DNA of 64,000 nt, taken from NCBI GenBank assembly GCA_963824995.1, contig CAWGRK010000009.1, positions 173,934 to 237,933 of the forward strand. Reading direction: 5' to 3'. The position numbers and the translations under genes are program-made. The notes under the pieces were generated by a model. The model saw only the letters and a program-made list of their open reading frames with translations. It did not search any database and was not told where the DNA came from. Shown here in pieces: positions 14,901 to 24,747 of this stretch. Positions within the stretch are counted from its first letter, which is position 1. Every line of letters begins with the position of its first letter. Origin of the DNA: an uncultured Actinomycetes bacterium (GTDB lineage: Bacteria > Actinomycetota > Acidimicrobiia > Spongiisociales > DATADW01).

Positions 14901-16754
14901 TCGCCGCACTGGAGGTCGAAGTCGTAGATCCAGATCGGTGGGACGCCGCGGGGCTCGACGTCGTATGGATGCTGCTCGACCACCCGCGCTCCCATGTGCT
15001 CGAGGAGCGGGAGGACGTCGGAGACGACGATCGGCGTCCCCGAGCGGTAGAGCTTGAGGCGGAAAAGCCCTTCCCCTGCCTCGAGGGGACGGCGGAGCTG
15101 CATCCCGAGATCCCCGGCAGGGTCGAGTTTCTCGAGTCGCCGAATGTCGGCCACTGCCACCCTGGGGAGGAAGTCGGCCCGGTACCCCGGCGGAAAGGCT
15201 TCGCGGTATTTCTCCGCCAGGGCCAGACCCCGGTCCTCGCCGAGTTGCTCGACCAGTGCCTGGCCGAGGTCGTCCACCCAGGAGCGGACCGCCTCTTCGA
15301 TCCGCTTCTCGATGGTCGCCACGTCGTACTCGACCGACTCACCGGGGACGATACGAATTACGAAATGGAGCCGGGCGAGCACCGACTCCGAGAGGCGCGC
15401 CTGATAGTCGATCGAAACACCGTGAAGGGCTTCCATCAGGATGCGCTGTGCGGCGAGACGGGTGTCGGTGTTGTAGCGCTCCCTGGGAAGGAAGAGCAGC
15501 GCCGAGAAGAACCGGCCGAATCTGTCGCGCCGCACGAAGAGCCTGACCTGGTGCCGCTCCTGGAGATGGAGGATCCCCAATGCCGTCTCGTACAGCTCGT
15601 CAGGCTCCATCTGGATGAGCTCGTCTCGGGGAAGGGTCTCCAGGATGGCGAGCAGGTCCTTGCCGTCGTGGCTGTCGGATGGGAAGCCCGCACGCTCGAT
15701 CACCATCGAGACTTTGCGGCGGAGCAACGGGATACGCCCCGGGTCAGTGTTGTAGACGATCGACGTGTACAGACCGAGGAATCGCCATTCCCCGATCACC
15801 TCGCCGTCCGCCCCGAACCGCTTAACACCCACGTAGTCGAGATAGGCGGGACGGTGGACGGTGGACACCGAGTTCGCCTTGGTCAGGTTGAGCGGGTTCG
15901 GCTGCCTCGCCAGCCGACGGACCTCGGGCGGGGCCTTGGCGAAGCTCTGCGAGATCGCCTCCCCGGTCTCCTCGCGCAAGCATCCCCAGCCCCGATCCGG
16001 TAACCGGGACGAGGGCGTCCTCACCGTCTTCGCGGACAAGGTCGTATGACCTGTACCCCAGAAATGTGAAGTGGTTGTCACCCAGCCATTCGAGGAAGGC
16101 GCTCGCCTCGGCGAGTTCCTCTGAGTCGATCGGCGGTGGATTCTCCTCGAGGCTCGACACGACGTCTGCCAGCACCGCCAGCATTCCTCGCCAGTCCTCG
16201 ACCGAGGCGCGGACATCGGCGAGGACGGATCTCAGGTCCCCGGAGAGCTCTTCGAGCACCGCTGGGTCGCCCTGGCGGTCCACCTCGATGTGGATGAACG
16301 ACTCGCGTCTCGCCCCCTCGTCGCCCTTGGTTGCCACCCCGAGCAAGACTCCGTCCGGATCGCGCCTCGCCGGGATGACGGGGTGAATCACGCTGTGGAT
16401 CCCGAGACCGTTGCGGCTGAGCGCCATCCGCACCGAATCGACCAGGAAAGGCATGTCGTCGGTGACCGTCTCGACGACGGTGTGCGTCGTCTGCCAGCCG
16501 TCGCGGTCGAACTGGGGGTTGTAGGCACGCACGATGGCCGTGTCCGCCTGGCGCCTCGAGGCCAGGTTCCAATGGGCGATGGCGGCGCCGTACAGGTCTA
16601 CCGGATCGACCTCGGTCAGGTCATCGGGCGCAGCGTTGGCGTAGTACCTGCGGACAAAGGACTCGGAGCTGTCGGCTTGCTCCGGCCTGGCCCGGTCGCG
16701 GGCGATGGCGGCCACCCTGTCGATGACCCCGGCCTTGGCCTCGTCCGCTTTCAC
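11951..16754 (-). CDS. gdh: Large NAD-specific glutamate dehydrogenase (frameshift near 15975)
   Basis: DDMPFLVDS and WLGDNHFTFLGY in ORF 15822-16754; [66 protein letters not shown] in ORF 11951-16216. Confidence 0.95.
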
Positions 16755-16875
16755 CGTGGCTCCTACGAATCCCCTGCAACCGTGACGGGTGGTCTGCGAC
16801 GACCTCTTTCGCCCGGCTCGCGTCGCTCAAGCTAGCCCTCGTGGGATGGTTCCGATACGCATCGGCTTCGCCCGG

Positions 16876-17544
16876 TCAGGCCAAGTCGTCGAGCCAGCGC
16901 ACCGTCTCCTCCGCCACCTCCTCCACCACAGCGCTCGTCGGCCTCCCCTTGACCCGCCAACCGTGATCCACTTCCAGGTCCACGGTCGTGACCATGGGGA
17001 GCGGACGGACCCATCGGTCGTACTCATCGGGACGGCTCATCGAGTCGTTGGAACCACGGAAGGAGAGGACCGGCACATCGATGCTCGGGAGGTGCTCCAC
17101 CCGCAACCGGTCGGGACGGCCCGTCGGGTGCAGCGGGTAGGCGTAGAGAACCAGGGCACGACAGGGACCACCCGAAGCGGCCAGCATGCTCGCCATCCGT
17201 CCACCCATCGACCTGCCGGCGAGCACGATCCGGCCCGGACCCTCACCGGTGCGTTCGGCGAGAGCCGCCGCCGCCGCCCGATGGCATGCGAGCAGGGTGT
17301 TCTCCGCGTCCGGCGCCCGCCGGCCCTCGGTGATGTAGGGATAGTCGAAGGAAGCGGCCCCAAGGCCCCTCTTGGAGAGACCCGACCTCAGGGCGGCGTT
17401 GAGCGGATGGTCCTGCCCTGCCCCCGCCCCGGGGGCGAGCAGTAGCGGAGGACCGTCACCTGCGAGGACCATACGGACGCTGCGTCCCTCCGCCCAGGTG
17501 ACGGTGACCTCGCTCGGAAATGATGCATTCCCGCGGTTACCCAT
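16876..17544 (-). CDS. Alpha/beta hydrolase (KANL3/Tex30-like)
   Basis: LAPGAG, GRSMGGR nucleophile elbow, YPLHP; start uncertain. Confidence 0.85.
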   Translation of the reverse strand: MGNRGNASFPSEVTVTWAEGRSVRMVLAGDGPPLLLAPGAGAGQDHPLNAALRSGLSKRGLGAASFDYPYITEGRRAPDAENTLLACHRAAAAALAERTGEGPGRIVLAGRSMGGRMASMLAASGGPCRALVLYAYPLHPTGRPDRLRVEHLPSIDVPVLSFRGSNDSMSRPDEYDRWVRPLPMVTTVDLEVDHGWRVKGRPTSAVVEEVAEETVRWLDDLA

Positions 17545-17632
17545 CCAGCGCCGAGCCTATCGAGCCGGCGGCCAGCCGCTGCCGGCTGGCTACCCTCCCC
17601 GTGCCGTCCCCGAACGAGGAGAGAAAGCGCTG

Positions 17633-18115
17633 ATGGGCCGTCTTCCCGAACCGGTCGCCGAGGTGCTCGATCGGGCATTGGTTGGCGAACTCACGGTCAT
17701 CACTCCCAGCGGCCGTCCGGTCACCCATCCCATGATCCCGCTGAGCGACGGTGACCTGATCTACCTCCACTCCAGCGCGCTCTTCTCGAAGAAGGTGGAG
17801 CACATTCGCGCCAACCCGAAGGTTTCGCTCGCCGTGACCGACCTCACCGCCGCTCACGGGGAACCGCTCGCCCACCGGGTCACGGTGCAAGGTGACGCCA
17901 CAGTCGATGAGGACGACCCGCACTCCACGTGGGAGTGGCTCCTCCCCAAGTGGCTGGAGAAGGAACCCGGGGTCGAGGCTTTCTACAAGCAGCGGGTGGC
18001 GCTCCCTCTCTTCTGGGAGAGGGCGGTGATCACGATCACACCTCGCCGGGTGCTGCTCTGGGAGGGTGGCAGAACGGATCTCCCGCCCCGCGTCTACACG
18101 ATGGAGCCTGCATGA
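17633..18115 (+). CDS. PNPOx/FDOR split-barrel flavin- or F420-binding protein
   Basis: GAGGAG RBS; ELTVITPSGRPVTHP, KKVEHIRANPKVSL, VTVQGDA, RAVITITPRR. Confidence 0.82.
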   Translation: MGRLPEPVAEVLDRALVGELTVITPSGRPVTHPMIPLSDGDLIYLHSSALFSKKVEHIRANPKVSLAVTDLTAAHGEPLAHRVTVQGDATVDEDDPHSTWEWLLPKWLEKEPGVEAFYKQRVALPLFWERAVITITPRRVLLWEGGRTDLPPRVYTMEPA

Positions 18116-19473
18116 CCTCCCCGGGAATCGACCTCGTCGAGAGAGGCAACTACGACCGTGCCGTGCTCGCCTACGTGGACGACGACGGGTACCCCATGGA
18201 GGTGGCGACCACGTTCCGGGCCGAGGAGGGAGAGTTCATCCTCGACACTCCGGCCGGAGACATCACGCCGCCGAATGGCTCCTTGGTGGACCTGCTGTTC
18301 AGCCACATCAACCCTGTCGCCGGCTACGGCTACGACCAGCGTCGCTACGTGTCCGTCTGGGGTCCCGTCCGGCACGGCGAGGGAACGTTGGTGGTCACGC
18401 CCGAAAGGGCCAAGGGATGGGATGAGAACGACGTCCCGTTTTTCGAGTACTCCGAGCGGTCGGTCCCCCAGGCGCACCGCTACTTCCGCGACCTCGGCAG
18501 GCTCCAGGGCCGGGAGGTGCGGCCCAAGCTCGCCGGTTTCTGGCTGTTCCTCCGCGCCACCAGGCTCCCTTTTCTCACCGCAACCTTCGTCCCCGTTGCT
18601 CTGGGAGTGGCCGCCGCCGGAAGCAACGACACCTTCGACCTCTGGCTGGCGCTGCTCACCCTGCTCGGAGCCGTGTTCATCCACCTTGCCCTCAACGTCA
18701 CCAACGACGTCTTCGACACCTTGAGCGGCGCCGATGCCGCCAACTCGACGCCGACACCATTCAGCGGGGGGTCTCGGGTCATCCACTACGGGTTGGTCAG
18801 CCTCCGGACCATGTCGCTGATGGCGGGGGCGTTCTATCTCGCCGGGGGGGCGATCGGGGTCTACCTGGCGGCGACCAGGGGATGGGAACTGTTGATCATC
18901 GGCGCAGTCGGGTTGTTCTTCGCCGTCTTCTACACGGCCCCGCCGTTCAAGCTGGTCTACCGCGGTCTGGGCGAGATCGCAGTCGCCATCGGGTTCGGGC
19001 CGGCGATGCTGCTCGGCGCCTACTTCGTCCAGGCGCAGGAGATCACAGCCGAGGCGTGGGTGCTGTCTATCCCGGTAGCGATCTTCATCGCCCTCGTGCT
19101 GTACGCCAACGAGATCCCCGACCGGCCGGGTGACGCCGCAGCCGGGAAACGTACCCTGCCAGTCCGCTGGTCGAAAGAGGCGGTCATCACGGGCTACCGG
19201 GTGGCGGCCGGGATCGCCTTCGCCACGATCGCCGTCGGCGCGGTGACCGGGATGCTCCCCCGCCCCACGATCATCGCCCTTGCGACCATCCCTCTCGCTC
19301 TGCAATGCGCCCGCCAATTGGGCACCTACTACGAACAGCCGTATGCCCTGATGCCGGCGTTACAGACCAACATCAGGCTCCACCTCTTTACGGGGCTCTT
19401 GCTGTTGGCCGGGTACCTGGTGGCGATCGTCGCCGGCGCGCTGATGGAGAACCCCCCCTTCTTCCTGGTCTGA
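18112..19473 (+). CDS. menA: MenA/UbiA-family prenyltransferase with an extra soluble N-terminal domain of about 140 aa
   Basis: ATRLPFL, NVTNDVFDTLSGAD, FSGGS, YTAPPFKL, NEIPDRPGDAAAGKRTL, about 8-9 TM; ATGA overlap with the upstream gene. Confidence 0.8.
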   Translation: MTSPGIDLVERGNYDRAVLAYVDDDGYPMEVATTFRAEEGEFILDTPAGDITPPNGSLVDLLFSHINPVAGYGYDQRRYVSVWGPVRHGEGTLVVTPERAKGWDENDVPFFEYSERSVPQAHRYFRDLGRLQGREVRPKLAGFWLFLRATRLPFLTATFVPVALGVAAAGSNDTFDLWLALLTLLGAVFIHLALNVTNDVFDTLSGADAANSTPTPFSGGSRVIHYGLVSLRTMSLMAGAFYLAGGAIGVYLAATRGWELLIIGAVGLFFAVFYTAPPFKLVYRGLGEIAVAIGFGPAMLLGAYFVQAQEITAEAWVLSIPVAIFIALVLYANEIPDRPGDAAAGKRTLPVRWSKEAVITGYRVAAGIAFATIAVGAVTGMLPRPTIIALATIPLALQCARQLGTYYEQPYALMPALQTNIRLHLFTGLLLLAGYLVAIVAGALMENPPFFLV

Positions 19474-19494
19474 ACCCGGCGGTACCCTCGGCGG

Positions 19495-20217
19495 ATGAGG
19501 ATCCGCGTCCTCGCCGGCCCCGATGCCCTCGCCGAGATGGCGGCAACCACCATCGCCGGGTTCTTGGCGGACGCTCCGACCCCGTGGGCGGATCTGGCGC
19601 TATCGGGAGGCAGCACGGTTCGAGGGACTTACGGCCTGCTGCGCGCCGAGAACGTCGACTGGGAGCGGGTCGATCCCTGGCTGTGTGACGAACGCTGGGT
19701 ACCGCACGACCATCCCGAGAGCAATGGGCGGATGATCGAGGAGATCCTCACCGGTCGTCTCCCCACCAAGCTGCTCCGACCCGACTATGCGCCGGGGCTC
19801 GATCCGCACGTCTCGGCATCGCGGTACGAGGCTGCTCTGCGCCCCATCCTCCCCTACGAGGACGGTGGTCCACGGCCGCAACTTGCCGTGCTCGGAGTGG
19901 GTGATGACGGTCACACGGCGTCGTGCTTCCCCGGTAACGACGCATTGGAGGAGCGAGAACGCCTCTACATCGCCGCATGGGTTTCTGAGCTGGCGGCATG
20001 GAGGCTGACGTCAACCGTGCCGCTTCTCCACGCCACCAGACACCTGGTTTTCTTGGTGGCGGGGAGCGGAAAAGCGGAGGCTGCTGCCGCCTTCCTCGAA
20101 GGTGAGGGCGAACCAGTGCCGGCCCGTGTCGTGGCGGATGGAGCCGAGGACGTGACCGTGCTCCTAGACGCCGCCGCCGCCGAGCGGCTCACGAACACCA
20201 AGTACGAGCGGATTTGA
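19495..20217 (+). CDS. pgl: 6-phosphogluconolactonase
   Basis: ALSGGST, DERWVP..HPESN, LGVGDDGHTASCFP, GSGKA. Confidence 0.93.
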   Translation: MRIRVLAGPDALAEMAATTIAGFLADAPTPWADLALSGGSTVRGTYGLLRAENVDWERVDPWLCDERWVPHDHPESNGRMIEEILTGRLPTKLLRPDYAPGLDPHVSASRYEAALRPILPYEDGGPRPQLAVLGVGDDGHTASCFPGNDALEERERLYIAAWVSELAAWRLTSTVPLLHATRHLVFLVAGSGKAEAAAAFLEGEGEPVPARVVADGAEDVTVLLDAAAAERLTNTKYERI

Positions 20218-20269
20218 CCGGATCCGGGGGCTCCGCCGGATTGGCTCGGGTCGTTCTTACACTCCTGCC

Positions 20270-21260
20270 GTGCTCCGCCCGGTTCCCGCCGTCCTGCTGG
20301 TCGTGTTCCTCGCTGCCTGTGCGGGCGGCGCCGACACCCCGAGCGCCCAGCTGGTCGATCCGTACTCGGCCCGGGCGCCTTCCACCACATCGACGCCGGC
20401 GAGGCCCACGACCACCGTCAGGAACACTTCGACCTCGAGCGCACCCGAGAACCTCGAGGGTCGGGTGCAGCGCGAGGAGGCCATCGAGTTCGCCTCTGGT
20501 CTGCTGCTCGACATCCATGCCCCGCGCAGCGGCAAGAACCACCCGGTGGCGGTGCTGGTCCACGGAGGTGGCTGGGTGACCGGTCACCGTTACACCATGT
20601 CGCGCCTGGCCGACGCGCTCGCCGCACGCGGAGTCGTGGTCTACAACGCCGACTACCGCCTGGTGGGCCAGGGGGGCGGCTACCCGGCAACGTTCGAGGA
20701 CTTGGCTTGCGCGGTCCGCTTCGCCCGATCCGACGCCGCCCGCTTCGGCGGCAGGAGCGGCCCGCTCGCCGTCGTCGGGCACTCGGCGGGCGGGCACCTC
20801 GCCGCGGTCGTAGGACTGGCGGGTGACGGCTACCGCGGGGACTGCGTCGAGGAGGATGGCTCGGGTCTGCCAGAGGTCCTGGTGGGACTGGCAGGCCCGT
20901 ACGATCCGAGCCGGTTCCTGGTCCCGCTCTCGTCGTTTTTCGGGGGACCGCCCGAGACCGCCCCCGAGGCATGGTCGGCGGGAAACCCGTTCCAACTCCT
21001 CGGCGGCAATCCTTCGCTCGTGGTCCGGTTGGCGTGGGGCGACCAGGACTCGATCGTTCCCGAGTACTACGGCAGCTTCGTTTCAGGAGGCGCTCGCCGC
21101 CGCCGGCTACGACGCCACCTTCACCGTGGTGCCCGGAGCCGACCATGGCGGCATCCGCACCCCCCGCGCCGAAGGCGCCCCTGTGGTCGATCTGGTGGTC
21201 GATGCGCTGACCACCGCCGGCGGCCAGACTCCGGATACCACAACCGTCGCCGGCGGCTGA
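20270..21260 (+). CDS. Lipoprotein alpha/beta hydrolase (HSL-like esterase); frameshift near 21080
   Basis: Lipobox LAAC, HGGGW, DYRL, GHSAGG; C-terminus with GADHG in the adjacent frame. Confidence 0.85.
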
Positions 21261-21277
21261 CAGGGTCCGCTGCCGGC

Positions 21278-22206
21278 TCACATCTCCCTGAACGACCGGA
21301 TGCGATGACGGGGCCCGTAGGCCGGCGGGCGTGTACCGACCGTCTCCACCAGCCGGATGACGCGTGCCGACGGTGTCCCCGGTAGGGGTCGAGAAGGTCG
21401 ATCATCCTGGAGTCATCGGCTCGGGGCTCGCCGGCGAGATTCCATGCCACCTGGTTGGGGAGGTGAAAGTCACCGACCTGCACGGCATCGGCGTCACCGG
21501 CGGCCACCGATAGGGACTCGGCGGCGGTCCACCATCCCACGCCGGGGACCGAGGTGACCCGGCCATACATCTCGGCAAGCGGGAGATCGAGTGCCTCCTC
21601 GAGCCAGTCGGCCCGCGCAGCCACACGGCGGATGGTCTCCGCACGGCGGCGTTCCATCCCAAGCGGGTGATAGCGGTAGCCGGGCAGATCGGCCAGGTCG
21701 TCGGCCGCTGGGGGGAGCAACAGATCGGTCGGCCCCGGCGCAGGCCCCGAGAGCATCCTCACCAGATTGCGCCAGGCGGAGAATGCCTCCTGACCGGTGA
21801 CCTTCTGGGCGATCACCGTGGGCACCAGGATCTCGAGCAGCCTCCCGGTCGCCGGGATCTTCAGTCCTGGCGCCCGGCGGTTGAGCCGGCGCACCGCCCC
21901 GGCGGGCGGGTCGAACGTCTCAGCCGGATCGTGGAGCCCGGCCGTGCCAGCCGCGGCGCCGAGTGCCCACCCACGCCCCGGGCCCCACGCCTGCGCCACG
22001 AGCTGCCCGGAGACGATCCGCAGCCGCAGCGTGGCGGGCCCCTCGGGGGTTCTCGTGGCCCGCCAAACCTCGCCGCCTATGAACCGGTTGCAGGGATCGC
22101 GACGACCCTGGGCGAACCTGGCGCATGTCCGGCCCAGGTCGAGCGGGGCGGCCAGGGGAACAACGATGCGGTCCGCACCGAGCGCTTCCGAGGTGGTCGT
22201 CGGCAT
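21278..22206 (-). CDS. HhH-GPD DNA glycosylase (AlkA/3-methyladenine glycosylase II-like); frameshift near 21365
   Basis: WRATRTPEGP, VIAQKVTG, VPGVGWWTA (HhH), GDADAVQVGDFHLP. Confidence 0.87.
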
Positions 22207-22283
22207 CGGTCCCGCACCGTAGCCCGTGGCAACGACGCCCTCTGGCCTCCTGGGTGGACGGCACCGGCGCCTACCATCATCGT

Positions 22284-23246
22284 GTGACCACGCTCCAGGC
22301 GAGCCGCTCCTCGAGTCCTGTGCTGGGGACATCGGTGACCACCTCCGCCATCGCCTCATACCTTGCTGCGGTCCCCTCGGTTGATGAGGTGGGTGTCGGA
22401 GAACGGGTGGCGGCCCTAGGCACGAGAAGCATCAAGAAGTCGTCGAAGCGCGACGCCTTGCTGCTCGCGGTGCGGATGATGGATCTCACGACACTCGAAG
22501 GGAAGGACACCCCTGGGAAGGTCGCGCAGTTGTGTGCCAAGGGAATCAGACCCGACCCGGTGGATCCGTCGATCCCGCCCGTCGCGGCGATATGTGTCTA
22601 CCCGAACCTGGTTCCTTTCGCCCTCGAAGCGCTGGCAGGCACCTCGGTGAAGGTCGCCTCGGTGGCCACCTACTTCCCCAGCGGGCAGGCCCCGCTCGAG
22701 GTCAAACTCGACGACACCAAACGGGTTGTCGCCATGGGGGCCCACGAGGTGGACATGGTGATCGATCGCGGAGCCTTCCTCGCCGGTCGCCATCTCGACG
22801 TCTTCGATGAGATCGCTGCGGTGAAGGAGGCCTGCGGGGAGGCTCACCTCAAGGTGATCCTGGAGACCGGCGAACTGGTCACCCTCGACGGGGTGAGGCG
22901 CGCCTCGATGCTGGCGATGGCGGCCGGAGCCGACTTCATCAAGACCTCGACGGGCAAGGTGCAGCCCGCCGCCACGCTCCCAGTCGGGCTCGTCATGCTC
23001 GAAGCGATCCGCGATTTCGAGCGGCTCACCGGCGTGGCGGTGGGGATGAAGCCCGCCGGAGGGATCAGGGTGTCGAAGGACGCCATCAAGTGGCTGGTGA
23101 TGGTTCACGAGACGCTGGGAACCGCCTGGCTGACCCCGGACCGTTTCCGCATAGGGGCATCGAGCCTGCTCAACGACGTGCTGATGCAGCTTCGCTGGCT
23201 GGCCACCGGTCGGTATCAGTCCCCCGACTACTTCACCGAGGCCTGA
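22284..23246 (+). CDS. deoC: Deoxyribose-phosphate aldolase
   Basis: DLTTLEG, AICVYP, EVDMVI, LKVILETGEL, FIKTSTGK, KPAGGI, RIGASSL. Confidence 0.96.
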   Translation: MTTLQASRSSSPVLGTSVTTSAIASYLAAVPSVDEVGVGERVAALGTRSIKKSSKRDALLLAVRMMDLTTLEGKDTPGKVAQLCAKGIRPDPVDPSIPPVAAICVYPNLVPFALEALAGTSVKVASVATYFPSGQAPLEVKLDDTKRVVAMGAHEVDMVIDRGAFLAGRHLDVFDEIAAVKEACGEAHLKVILETGELVTLDGVRRASMLAMAAGADFIKTSTGKVQPAATLPVGLVMLEAIRDFERLTGVAVGMKPAGGIRVSKDAIKWLVMVHETLGTAWLTPDRFRIGASSLLNDVLMQLRWLATGRYQSPDYFTEA

Positions 23247-23247
23247 A

Positions 23248-24747
23248 ATGCCCGGTTCTGGCGTCACCGAACGAGGCGATACCGCTTTAAGTGACGCCAA
23301 AACGGGTCTGGATTGGGAATACGAGGCATCTCCGCAGACGGCGGAGATGGTCTCGCTCCGTGAGCGGTACGGGTTGTTCATCGACGGGCGGTTCGTCGAA
23401 CCGGCGTCGGGGTCCTGGTTCCCCACGGTCAACCCAGCCACCGAGGACGAGTTGGCCGATGTTGCCGAGGCGGGCGAGGAGGACGTGGATCTTGCGGTCA
23501 CCGCGGCCAGGAGTGCATCCAAGAGTTGGGGGCGGATGCCAGGCGGGGAACGGGCCAAATACCTCTACCGGATATCACGGATGCTCCAGGAACGTGCCCG
23601 CGAGTTCGCCGTCGTCGAGACCATGGACGGTGGCAAGCCCATCAGGGAGTCACGCGACGTAGACCTCCCCCTGGTAGCCGCCCACTTCTTCTATCACGCC
23701 GGATGGGCAGACAAGCTGGAGTACGCCTTTCCCGGGCTGACCCCCGAGCCGCTTGGCGTGGCCGGGCAGGTCATCCCTTGGAATTTCCCCATGCTGATGC
23801 TCGCATGGAAGGTGGCGCCGGCATTGGCCACTGGCAACACCGTGGTGCTCAAGCCTGCCGAGACCACACCGCTCACCGCCCTCATGTTCGCCGACCTGGC
23901 CAACGAGGCGGGGTTGCCGCCCGGGGTGCTCAACGTGGTCACCGGGGGCGGAACCACGGGGAGCGCCGTTGTCGCCCATCCCGGGATCAACAAGGTGGCA
24001 TTCACCGGCTCAACCGCCGTCGGCAAGGCGATCCGCCGCCGGCTCGCCGGGACCGGGAAGAGGCTCACCCTCGAGCTGGGCGGCAAGGGCGCACACGTCA
24101 TCTTCGACGACGCACCCCTCGACCAGGCGATCGAAGGGGTCATCAACGGCATCTTCTTCAACCAGGGGCACGTCTGCTGCGCAGGGAGCCGGCTCTTGGT
24201 GCAGGAGTCCATCCACGATGTCTTCGTAGACAAGCTCAAGCAACGGCTTGCCACACTCCGGGTGGGCGACCCACTCGACAAGAACACCGACGTCGGGGCG
24301 ATAAACAGCATCGATCAACTCGAGAAGATCACCGAGCTGGTGCGCGTCGGGGAGGACGAGGGCGCCGAGATTTACCAGCCCGATTGCCCACTGCCCGCCA
24401 ACGGCTTCTGGTTCCGTCCGACCCTCTTTACCGGCGTGTCGCAGAGCCACCGCATCGCCCAAGAGGAGATCTTTGGTCCGGTGCTTTCGATACTCACTTT
24501 CCGCACTCCGGACGAGGCGGTGGAGAAGGCGAACAACACGCCCTACGGCCTGTCTGCCGGGGTGTGGACCACGAAGGGGTCGCGCATCCTCTGGATGGCC
24601 GACCGACTGCGCGCCGGGGTGGTGTGGGCGAACACCTTCAACAAGTTCGACCCGGCGTCCCCCTTCGGCGGCTACCGCGAGTCGGGATTCGGGCGCGAGG
24701 GTGGGCGCCACGGGCTTCTCGGCTACCTCAAGGGCGGGCAGGGCTGA
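23248..24747 (+). CDS. Aldehyde dehydrogenase, catalytic part (ALDH16-like N-terminal portion)
   Basis: PWNFP, KPAE, FTGST, LELGGK, FNQGHVCCAG catalytic Cys, EEIFGPV. Confidence 0.93.
   Translation: MPGSGVTERGDTALSDAKTGLDWEYEASPQTAEMVSLRERYGLFIDGRFVEPASGSWFPTVNPATEDELADVAEAGEEDVDLAVTAARSASKSWGRMPGGERAKYLYRISRMLQERAREFAVVETMDGGKPIRESRDVDLPLVAAHFFYHAGWADKLEYAFPGLTPEPLGVAGQVIPWNFPMLMLAWKVAPALATGNTVVLKPAETTPLTALMFADLANEAGLPPGVLNVVTGGGTTGSAVVAHPGINKVAFTGSTAVGKAIRRRLAGTGKRLTLELGGKGAHVIFDDAPLDQAIEGVINGIFFNQGHVCCAGSRLLVQESIHDVFVDKLKQRLATLRVGDPLDKNTDVGAINSIDQLEKITELVRVGEDEGAEIYQPDCPLPANGFWFRPTLFTGVSQSHRIAQEEIFGPVLSILTFRTPDEAVEKANNTPYGLSAGVWTTKGSRILWMADRLRAGVVWANTFNKFDPASPFGGYRESGFGREGGRHGLLGYLKGGQG
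23251..23306. repeat. Palindromic REP-like element, copy 2 (inside the 5' end of the ALDH ORF)
   Basis: CCCGGTTCTGGCGTCAC...CCGCTTTAAGTGACGCCAAAACGGG. Confidence 0.75.
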
